43,442 bases of DNA from an uncultured Gammaproteobacteria bacterium. Its GTDB lineage: Bacteria > Patescibacteriota > Patescibacteriia > JAQUQO01. The notes below the pieces were generated by a model. The model made no database searches and was not told the DNA's origin. It saw nothing but the letters and a program-made list of their open reading frames with translations. The stretch lies in assembly GCA_964482065.1 (NCBI GenBank), contig CAYZWC010000001.1, forward strand, positions 1-43,442, in the 5' to 3' direction. This document shows positions 16,194 through 23,659 of the stretch, in pieces (position 1 is the first letter of the stretch; each line of letters begins with the position of its first letter). Position numbers and translations under genes: made by a program.

Positions 16194-17461
16194 CAACAAA
16201 ATCAAAAACAATTATAATCGGATTGGACGGAGTTCCCTACGGTCTGCTTCAAACTCTGGCCAATGAAGGTGTCATGCCCAATACCCAAAAATTAATTGAT
16301 AACGGAATTTTTAAGCAGATGAGCTCTTCCATACCAGAGGTTTCCTCAGTAGCCTGGTCTTCCATTATTACCGGGAAGAATCCGGCTGAGCATGGAATTT
16401 TTGGATTTATGGATTTGGTTCCGGGGTCATACAAGATAAATTTTCCCAATTACAATGATTTAAAAACGCCGGCATTTTGGGAAAATTTGGAAGAACGTTC
16501 TGTTATTATTAACGTCCCCTCCACCTATCCGGTACATTCCATGAATGGAGCACATATATCAGGGTTTGTTTCTTTATTCTTGGAGCAAAGCGTTTATCCT
16601 GCTGATCTTGTTCCCAAATTAAAAGAATTGGATTATCGGCTTGATGTGGATTCGGAAAAAGCCCACGAGTCCATGGATGATTTTTTAGATGATTTGCGAG
16701 CCACCCTGGAAGCGAGAATCAAGACTTATGAATATTTATGGGAGAGAGAGGATTGGCGGACTTTTATGCTGGTGTTTACCGGTACCGATCGTTTGATGCA
16801 TTTTTTGTGGGAAGCATATGAAAATAAGGAACATAAATATCATGAAGAATTTTTAAATCATTTTCGTCGGGTTGATCAAGCCATCGGAGACGTCAGGGGC
16901 AAAATAACCGATGATGATTTGCTGATAATGCTTTCTGATCATGGTTTTGAGCGTTTAGATAAAGAAATTTATATCAATTATTTGTTGCAAGAAAAAGAGT
17001 TTTTAAAATTTAAACCGGGAGAGGAGTACAGTTTGGAAAACATAGACGAAGGCAGCAAGGCTTTTGCCCTGGATCCTTCCCGTATTTATATAAATTTAAA
17101 AGGAAAGTATCCGGGCGGAAGTGTCGCCCTGGAAGACAAAGAAAAGATTTTGCAAGAGCTAGAAGAATTGTTTCAAGAGCTGGAAGTTGATAATAAAAAA
17201 GTAATCAGAGACGTTTATAGAAAAGAGAATATTTATAACGGGCCGGGCTTGGCGCAGGCTCCCGATTTGGTTTTGGTTAGCAATTCCGGCTTTGACCTTA
17301 AGGCCAATCTCCGTGCCACCGAGTTGGCGGGTAAAAAGATTTTTACTGGCAAGCATACGCAGGATTCCGCCTTTCTGCTGGTTAATAATTTTTCGGGAGA
17401 TAATTTCCCTGAAAAAGTCTCCGTTTTTGATGTCGCGAATATTATAAAGAGAAAATTTTAG
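16190..17461 (+). CDS. cytoplasmic alkaline-phosphatase-superfamily protein (type I phosphodiesterase / nucleotide pyrophosphatase-like)
   Basis: I prefer the ATG at 16190, which overlaps the cysN stop (ATGA) and gives MTTKSKTIIIGLDGVPYG. Motifs are IIGLDG (metal Asp), SSVAWSSIITGKNPAEHG (nucleophile region), MLSDHGFE and TGKHT. No signal peptide or TM helix is present. Confidence 0.7.
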   Translation: MTTKSKTIIIGLDGVPYGLLQTLANEGVMPNTQKLIDNGIFKQMSSSIPEVSSVAWSSIITGKNPAEHGIFGFMDLVPGSYKINFPNYNDLKTPAFWENLEERSVIINVPSTYPVHSMNGAHISGFVSLFLEQSVYPADLVPKLKELDYRLDVDSEKAHESMDDFLDDLRATLEARIKTYEYLWEREDWRTFMLVFTGTDRLMHFLWEAYENKEHKYHEEFLNHFRRVDQAIGDVRGKITDDDLLIMLSDHGFERLDKEIYINYLLQEKEFLKFKPGEEYSLENIDEGSKAFALDPSRIYINLKGKYPGGSVALEDKEKILQELEELFQELEVDNKKVIRDVYRKENIYNGPGLAQAPDLVLVSNSGFDLKANLRATELAGKKIFTGKHTQDSAFLLVNNFSGDNFPEKVSVFDVANIIKRKF

Positions 17462-17550
17462 CTTTCATATTATCTTTGACGCGAAGCTCAATTTGCATTA
17501 AACTATAATAAAATTAAATTTTTGATAAATAATAATTTAAACAAATAATT

Positions 17551-18528
17551 ATGGCAAAATCTTACGTTGATCCAACATTTCATTTAAAGAAGAAAAACAA
17601 GGATATCGAGCATGAAGATTATTTGGAATACCGCCGGAAGTGGAGTGAAAATCCTAAAAATTTTATTGTGGGTGATTTCCCTATTCATCTTGATTTGGAG
17701 GCCACTTCAAATTGTAACCTCAGGTGTTTTATGTGTTTTCAATCTTTTGACAAGCCCGAGTCGGTTACTATGGATTTGGATCTTTTCAAAAAAAATATTG
17801 ATGAGGGAGCATCCAAGGGCCTTTGCTCCATAAAAACCATGTACCGCGGCGAGCCCCTACTGCACCCGGATATAGTAGAGATGGTTAGATATGCCAAAGA
17901 AAAGGGAATTATTGAAGTTATGTTTAATAGCAATGCGACTCTTTTGACTGAAGATAAGGCTCGCGCTCTTATAGAAGCCGGGCTTGATAAATTAATTTGT
18001 TCGGTGGATGGATGTACCAAAGAAGTTTATGAAAGCGTGAGAATAGGAGCGAATTTTGAAACCATGCTTAACAATATAAAAACCTTGCAGCGCCTGAAAA
18101 AAGAAATGGGTTCTAAAACTCCGATAGTAAGAGTGCAGATGGTAGACACGCCGAGGAATCACCATCAAATAGATGAGTATTTGGAATTTTGGGGGAAGAT
18201 TGTAGATCACGTGGCGGTAGAGGATATGTTGGACTGGAATGCAGAAGACGAAGACGCGACTCCATTTCCTGATTTTGCCTGCGCTCAATTGTGGCAGAGG
18301 CTTGTTATTACCGCTGATGGCGATGTACTTCCTTGCTGCCGGGCTTTGCGCGGCGGAAATGAGAAGCTCGAAGTTTTGGGAAATGTTAAAGAAAGTACGG
18401 TTGAAGAAATTTGGAAAGGCGATAAATTGAATCAATTCAGAGAGTTGCATAAAGGCGGTAATTCTCATGCCATGCGCCTTTGCCGTTTATGTGGGCTCAG
18501 AAAATCTTTGCTTAACAAAAACAATTAA
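17551..18528 (+). CDS. radical SAM enzyme with a C-terminal Cys-rich SPASM/twitch-like domain
   Basis: 325-aa ORF with the CX3CX2C motif (SNCNLRCFMC), a GEPLL SAM-binding strand, and C-terminal cysteines (FACAQLW..., DGDVLPCC, LCRLCG). Confidence 0.8.
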   Translation: MAKSYVDPTFHLKKKNKDIEHEDYLEYRRKWSENPKNFIVGDFPIHLDLEATSNCNLRCFMCFQSFDKPESVTMDLDLFKKNIDEGASKGLCSIKTMYRGEPLLHPDIVEMVRYAKEKGIIEVMFNSNATLLTEDKARALIEAGLDKLICSVDGCTKEVYESVRIGANFETMLNNIKTLQRLKKEMGSKTPIVRVQMVDTPRNHHQIDEYLEFWGKIVDHVAVEDMLDWNAEDEDATPFPDFACAQLWQRLVITADGDVLPCCRALRGGNEKLEVLGNVKESTVEEIWKGDKLNQFRELHKGGNSHAMRLCRLCGLRKSLLNKNN

Positions 18529-18532
18529 AATC

Positions 18533-19558
18533 ATGAGCATTTTACAAGCAGATAAAAAACCATACTTGATTGCCGAATGCGCCTATTCTTATGAAGGTGA
18601 TGAAAATTATTTAAGGGAATCAATAAAAAGAATAGCGGAATCTGATTCTGCTAATGCTGTTAAGTTTCACATTCTTTTGGATATAGACACCTATGCTTGT
18701 CGTGACCACGAAGTTTATGATTTGCTGAGACCTTGGCTTTTTTCTACACAAAAGTGGGAAGAAATTATAGATTTTGCCAAAGGCTTAAATCTCGATGTAA
18801 TTATTTTGGCCGATGATTTAGGCAGTTTGCCGTTTTTAAAGAGTATTGAGGAAAAATTATCAGCTATTGAAATTCATGCTTGTTCACTTAATGATACTGA
18901 TATGCTGGCAAGGGCCGCGGAGTTTAAGATTCCCGTGATTTTGGGCATCGGCGGATCTACACTAGAAGAAATTTCTTTTTCCATTGATTTCTTAAAAGGC
19001 AATGGGAAAGACGAGATAATATTAATGTATGGCTTTCAGAATTTCCCCACCCGCTATGAATATATCAATTTTCGCAAAATGGAAAAATTAAAAAAAGAAT
19101 TTGTCTTGCCTATGGGCTATGCGGACCATACGGCTTGGGATAATGAAAATCAGGAATTAATTACTTTGGCCGGCTTTTTACTTAGTGACGGAATAATTGA
19201 AAAACATTTTGTTTTGCGTGCGGGAGACAAGAGAACTGACGCGGCCGCCGCGGTTTCCGCTGAAGATTTTAAAAGTTTGACGGAAAAAATGAAAATTTTA
19301 CAAAAAGCTTTAGGCAGCGGCTCGTTGGAGCTCAATAAATATGAACTGGATTACGGGAAAATAGGAATTATTAAGAAAACCATTGTTGCCGCCCGCGATA
19401 TAGCGCAAGACGAAGAAATAACCGAAGAAAATATCGCTTTCAAAAGAACCTCCCAAGAAAACGGCGCTCCGCAAAAAGAAATAATTAATTTTTTAGGCAA
19501 AAAAGCCAAAGTGTCAATTTCAAAAGACCAGCTGATTACCGCCAATAACATTTATTAA
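18533..19558 (+). CDS. divergent NeuB-family sugar-PEP condensing enzyme (SpsE-like) with a C-terminal SAF domain
   Basis: I prefer the ATG at 18533, 4 nt after the preceding stop. The protein is collinear with the NeuB at 20647, but key motifs are altered: LIAECAYSYEGD versus IIVDAGVNHNGD, GYADHTAW versus GYSDHTQG, and EKHFVLR versus EKHFTLD. A SAF-like tail (IVAARDIAQDEEITEENIAFKR) is present. Confidence 0.65.
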   Translation: MSILQADKKPYLIAECAYSYEGDENYLRESIKRIAESDSANAVKFHILLDIDTYACRDHEVYDLLRPWLFSTQKWEEIIDFAKGLNLDVIILADDLGSLPFLKSIEEKLSAIEIHACSLNDTDMLARAAEFKIPVILGIGGSTLEEISFSIDFLKGNGKDEIILMYGFQNFPTRYEYINFRKMEKLKKEFVLPMGYADHTAWDNENQELITLAGFLLSDGIIEKHFVLRAGDKRTDAAAAVSAEDFKSLTEKMKILQKALGSGSLELNKYELDYGKIGIIKKTIVAARDIAQDEEITEENIAFKRTSQENGAPQKEIINFLGKKAKVSISKDQLITANNIY

Positions 19559-19566
19559 TTTTATAT

Positions 19567-20637
19567 ATGAGAACCGCAGTTACCATAACAGTAAGAATGA
19601 AGTCCACTCGGCTTCCTAAAAAAGCTTTGAAGGAATTTTGCGGCAAGCCGATGATTGACCATCTCATAGAAAGAGTGGGGAGGGCCAAGCATCCGGATGA
19701 GATCATTTTGTGCACTTCGACAAATCCTCAAGACGATGTCTTGGAAGAAGTGGCTCGGAGAAATAACATTAAATTGTTTCGAGGTGATGAGGATGATGTT
19801 CTGGACCGTTTGTTTAGGGCGGCTCGGGAAAATGATATTAATTTTATTGTTTCCACCACCGGAGATAACCCATTGACTGATCCGGAACACATTGATAAAA
19901 CAATCGAAAAATTCAAGGAAACCGGAGCTGATTACATTACCGGTTTGGACCTGCCCTGGGGAACTTTTTCTTACGGATTAAAAATTGGGGCTTTGGAAAA
20001 AGTTTTGGAATTAAAAGAAGAACGCGACACCGAAGTTTGGGGCCAATATTTTACAAAATCAAATTTATTTAAATTGGATAAAATAGATGTAGATGATTTT
20101 TTGAAAGATTCAGATCTTCGTTTAACCGTAGATACGCCGGAAGATTTTCAATTAATTGAAAGTATCTATAATGAATTATACAATAGCAACCCAGAATTTA
20201 CCTTGGCTGATGTGGTCAGGCTCATGAATACAAAGCCGGAGTTAAAAGAAATTAACGGGCATATAATCCAAAAAATTTCTAATCCCATAAATACCGATTC
20301 ATTAATTAATTCAAATAAAGCTATGCATATTTCCAAAGAAGTTATTAAGGATTGTTTTAATCAGCTGGAAGATAAGAAGGAACTGTCATTTACCTTTAAT
20401 GAAGATCCCAAGATATTTTTTATAAATTTGCTGGCTGAGTTTAAGGGCGAAGATGAGGTCCATGAAAATGATGATGATTTGTATTATGTTGCGGAAGGAA
20501 GCGCTGAATTAATTGTAGATGGAAAAAGTCTAAATATAGCCGCTGGCGATTTTGCGCATGTCCCGGCCGGGCAAGTACATAAAATAAGTTATACAAAACA
20601 AGGAATAAAATACATTGTCATTAAAATGGCAAAATAA
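19567..20637 (+). CDS. cytidylyltransferase (SpsF/CMP-ulosonic acid synthetase-like) fused to a C-terminal cupin domain
   Basis: 356-aa ORF. The N-terminal ~240 aa carry ITVRMKSTRLPKKALKEFCGKPMIDH and TTGDNPL (CTP_transf_3-like). The C-terminal ~100 aa carry the cupin-like HENDDDLYYVAEGSAELIVDG...GDFAHVPAGQVHK. Confidence 0.7.
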   Translation: MRTAVTITVRMKSTRLPKKALKEFCGKPMIDHLIERVGRAKHPDEIILCTSTNPQDDVLEEVARRNNIKLFRGDEDDVLDRLFRAARENDINFIVSTTGDNPLTDPEHIDKTIEKFKETGADYITGLDLPWGTFSYGLKIGALEKVLELKEERDTEVWGQYFTKSNLFKLDKIDVDDFLKDSDLRLTVDTPEDFQLIESIYNELYNSNPEFTLADVVRLMNTKPELKEINGHIIQKISNPINTDSLINSNKAMHISKEVIKDCFNQLEDKKELSFTFNEDPKIFFINLLAEFKGEDEVHENDDDLYYVAEGSAELIVDGKSLNIAAGDFAHVPAGQVHKISYTKQGIKYIVIKMAK

Positions 20638-20646
20638 TATTTTAAT

Positions 20647-21702
20647 TTGAATTGGATGCAGATAAGAATAGGTCAAAAAATAATAAGTGAAGAGCACCCT
20701 GTTTTTATTATTGTTGATGCCGGAGTAAACCATAACGGAGATTTAGACCTGGCAAAAAAATTAATCGACGCCGCTGCTCGGTCAGGAGCCGACGCTGTTA
20801 AATTTCAAACTTTTAATCCCGATACTTTAATTACCAAAACCGCCAAACGAGCCAAATATCAGGAGAAAAATATAGGAGGGGAAGAAACGCAGTATGAAAT
20901 GCTTAAGAGATTGATGCTAAAAAGGGAATACCACCCTTCGTTAAAAGATTATGCGGAGGATAAAGGCTTGATTTTTCTATCCACGCCTTTTAGCCTAGAT
21001 GACGCTGATTATCTTTACGATTTGGGGATTCCCGCCTTTAAAGTCGGTTCTACGGATTGCAATAATATTCCTTATTTAAAACATATTGCCAAGAAGGGTT
21101 TGCCAATTATTTTATCAACCGGCATGTCTTCTCTGGAGGAAGTTAAAGAATCGGTTTTAGCTATACAAAATGAAGGCAATGATCAAATTGTAGTTTTGCA
21201 CTGCACTACTAATTACCCTACGGCTATGGAGGAGGTAAATTTAAAAGTCATGGATACTTTAGCTCGTGAGCTCGGGACTTTGGTGGGTTATTCTGACCAT
21301 ACTCAAGGAATTGAAGTCCCTATTGCTGCCGCTGCCCGTGGCGCCAGAATAATTGAGAAACATTTTACTTTGGATAGGAATATGGAAGGGCCGGACCACA
21401 AAGCTTCTTTGGAACCCGGAGAATTGGAGGCCATGATAAGAGCCGTCAATAATATAGAAAAATCTTTGGGGTCAGGAATTAAAGAACCGGCTCCATCTGA
21501 ATTAGAAGTCGCGGAAGTGGCTCGCAAAAGCATTGTTGCCGGCACTGACATTCCCAAAGGCAGCGTCTTGTCAAAAAACATGCTTGTCTTAAAAAGGCCC
21601 GGCATCGGACTAAAACCGGCGATTATTGAAGAGCTTATCGGTAGAAAAACAAAAGAGGATATAAAAAAAGACGAATTGATAAAATGGGAACAAATTTTAT
21701 GA
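20647..21702 (+). CDS. neuB: N-acylneuraminate/legionaminate-type nonulosonic acid synthase
   Basis: 351-aa ORF with canonical NeuB motifs (GVNHNGDLDLAKKLIDAAARSGADAVKFQTF, STPFS, GYSDHTQG, EKHFTLD) and a SAF domain at the C-terminus. The track start at 20647 is TTG; an in-frame ATG lies at 20656. Confidence 0.88.
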   Translation: MNWMQIRIGQKIISEEHPVFIIVDAGVNHNGDLDLAKKLIDAAARSGADAVKFQTFNPDTLITKTAKRAKYQEKNIGGEETQYEMLKRLMLKREYHPSLKDYAEDKGLIFLSTPFSLDDADYLYDLGIPAFKVGSTDCNNIPYLKHIAKKGLPIILSTGMSSLEEVKESVLAIQNEGNDQIVVLHCTTNYPTAMEEVNLKVMDTLARELGTLVGYSDHTQGIEVPIAAAARGARIIEKHFTLDRNMEGPDHKASLEPGELEAMIRAVNNIEKSLGSGIKEPAPSELEVAEVARKSIVAGTDIPKGSVLSKNMLVLKRPGIGLKPAIIEELIGRKTKEDIKKDELIKWEQIL

Positions 21703-22847
21703 AGAAAAGAAAAATTTTATACATTTCCGGTACGCGCGCCGATTACGGGTTGATGCGAGAAACATTGTTTAAAATTAAAAACAATTCCAAGCTTGATTTG
21801 TCTATTGCCGCCTGTGGTATGCATATTATGCCTGAATTTGGAAATACCGTTCAAGAAATAAAAAATGATAATTTTAAAGTCCATATTTTGAATGCCAAAT
21901 TCCAGAGGGATAATTATGAGTCCATGGCCCGTTTTGTCGGCAAGTTAGTTGGGTTATTGGTTGGCGAGGTCAAAAAGATTAAGCCGGACATTATTTTACT
22001 TTTGGGTGATCGTGGAGAAATGCTTGCCGGCGCTATAGTGGGAGCTTATTTAAAAATTCCGGTAGCGCATATACATGGGGGCGAAGCGACGATGACCGTG
22101 GATGAATTTGCCCGGCACGCCATTACAAAACTTAGCCATATTCATTTTGCTGTTTCGAAAAAATCTGCCGAACGCATCAAAAAAATGGGCGAGGATTCAT
22201 GGCGAATATTTTTAACCGGGGCTCCGGGATTGGATAGTATTTTGTCGCATAAATTTTCGCCGGCAAAAAAAATGGCCGCCAAATATAATTTGGATTTATC
22301 AAAAAAAATCATATTAATGGTCCAGCATCCGGCTGAAGCTGAAGCTAAAGAATCAGCCCGCCAAATAAAAGAAACATTGGAAGCGATTAAGGAGATTGGC
22401 GAGCAAGCTATTATAATTTATCCAAATGCTGATGCTGGAGGGCGTGAGATGATAAAAGTTATTAAAAAATATGAAAATGTTCCATTTTTTCAAATATATA
22501 GAAGTCTCCCGCATGACGACTATTTAAGTTTATTAAAATTAGCCGATGTTTTAGTGGGTAATACTAGTTCCGGGATAGTTGAGGCGCCTTCTTTTGGCTT
22601 GCCGGTAGTAAATATAGGATTGAGGCAAGAAGGCAGGGAGGCTTCAGCTAACGCGCTTCATGTTAATTACGACAAGGCCAAAATAAAAGCGGTTATTAAT
22701 AGGGCATTGCGTGATAAAGTTTTTATTAGAAAGGCAAAAAATTGCCATAGTCCTTATGGAAACGGCCGCGCGGGGGAGAAAATAGCAAAAGTTTTAAGCA
22801 ATATTAAAATAGATAGCAAGCTGTTGAATAAAAAAATAGCTTACTAA
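21699..22847 (+). CDS. neuC: UDP-N-acetylglucosamine 2-epimerase (hydrolysing), NeuC/LegG type
   Basis: I prefer the ATG at 21699, which overlaps the neuB stop (ATGA) and gives MKKRKILYISGTRADYG. Motifs are LLGDRGEML, AHIHGGE, HFAVS and GNTSSGIVEAPSFGLPVVNIG. Confidence 0.85.
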   Translation: MKKRKILYISGTRADYGLMRETLFKIKNNSKLDLSIAACGMHIMPEFGNTVQEIKNDNFKVHILNAKFQRDNYESMARFVGKLVGLLVGEVKKIKPDIILLLGDRGEMLAGAIVGAYLKIPVAHIHGGEATMTVDEFARHAITKLSHIHFAVSKKSAERIKKMGEDSWRIFLTGAPGLDSILSHKFSPAKKMAAKYNLDLSKKIILMVQHPAEAEAKESARQIKETLEAIKEIGEQAIIIYPNADAGGREMIKVIKKYENVPFFQIYRSLPHDDYLSLLKLADVLVGNTSSGIVEAPSFGLPVVNIGLRQEGREASANALHVNYDKAKIKAVINRALRDKVFIRKAKNCHSPYGNGRAGEKIAKVLSNIKIDSKLLNKKIAY

Positions 22848-22852
22848 ATAGC

Positions 22853-23641
22853 ATGACTGCGAATACTAAAGAAAAAAAAGACAAAGTAATTTTTGCCGGC
22901 GATAGGGATTTGGCGGTCGATGTTTTGAAATTTATTTTGGAAAGCGGAGTGCGTCCTTTGGCGCTTATGGTCCCCGACAGAGGGAAAGCTTCCCACGCGG
23001 AAGATTTAATTTCTTTGTGTTCCCACCTAGATAAGTCTCATATTATAGAGGGGGCTGGATTTAAAAGCCCGGAAGGCATCAATTTTTTGTCTTCTTTGGA
23101 TGCTGACTATATCGTGAGCATACATTATCCTTATATATACCCGGCCGAAGTTTTGCGTGTCCCCAAATATGGAGCCATGAATTTGCACCCGGCCTACCTT
23201 CCCTTTACTCGGGGGTGGCATACTTCCAGTTGGGCTATTTGGGATGAAGTTCCTTTTGGAGCCACTCTGCATTTTATGAATGAAGGTCTTGATACCGGAG
23301 ATATTATACACCAAAAAGAGCTTGAAGTTTTACCGGAGGATACAGCTGACTCAGCTTATAAAAAAGCCAAACAATTAGAATTGGAGGTTTTTAAGGAAGC
23401 TTGGCCATCCATTGTTTCAGGCGATTACCAATTAAAAGTTCAGTCCGCCGCTTCCGGTACTTTTCATAAAAAGAAAGATCTATCCGCCATTCAAAAAATT
23501 GATTTGGAAGAGTTTGTTAAAGCCAAAGATTTAATTAAAAAAATTAGAGCGCTGACTACTAATAATATAGAAGAGGGAGCTTATTTTGAATCCGGCGGGC
23601 AAAAGTATCGTTTACAAATACGAATTAAAAAAGAAGATTAA
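22853..23641 (+). CDS. formyltransferase (Fmt/ArnA-N-like), probable sugar N-formyltransferase
   Basis: 262-aa ORF with the formyl_trans_N catalytic pattern: MNLHPAYLPFTRG (Asn/His) and LDTGDII (Asp). Its location inside an amino-sugar block suggests a sugar substrate. Confidence 0.75.
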   Translation: MTANTKEKKDKVIFAGDRDLAVDVLKFILESGVRPLALMVPDRGKASHAEDLISLCSHLDKSHIIEGAGFKSPEGINFLSSLDADYIVSIHYPYIYPAEVLRVPKYGAMNLHPAYLPFTRGWHTSSWAIWDEVPFGATLHFMNEGLDTGDIIHQKELEVLPEDTADSAYKKAKQLELEVFKEAWPSIVSGDYQLKVQSAASGTFHKKKDLSAIQKIDLEEFVKAKDLIKKIRALTTNNIEEGAYFESGGQKYRLQIRIKKED

Positions 23642-23659
23642 TTTATTTTAAAGTAATTT

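Noticed and set aside
17476-17509. TTGACG ... TATAAT as a promoter ahead of the radical SAM gene.
   Set aside because: Both hexamers are good, but the spacer is 22 nt, far from the 16-18 nt optimum. I do not call it a promoter. A start site in this 89-nt gap remains plausible but unsupported.
17551-18528. The radical SAM/SPASM protein as an anaerobic sulfatase-maturating enzyme (anSME) acting on the neighbouring AlkP-superfamily proteins.
   Set aside because: Neither AlkP paralogue contains the (C/S)-x-(P/A)-x-R formylglycine target motif. Both look like PF01663-type Ser/Thr-nucleophile enzymes rather than PF00884 sulfatases. The rSAM gene is also tightly coupled to the NeuB-like gene downstream, not to the upstream gene.
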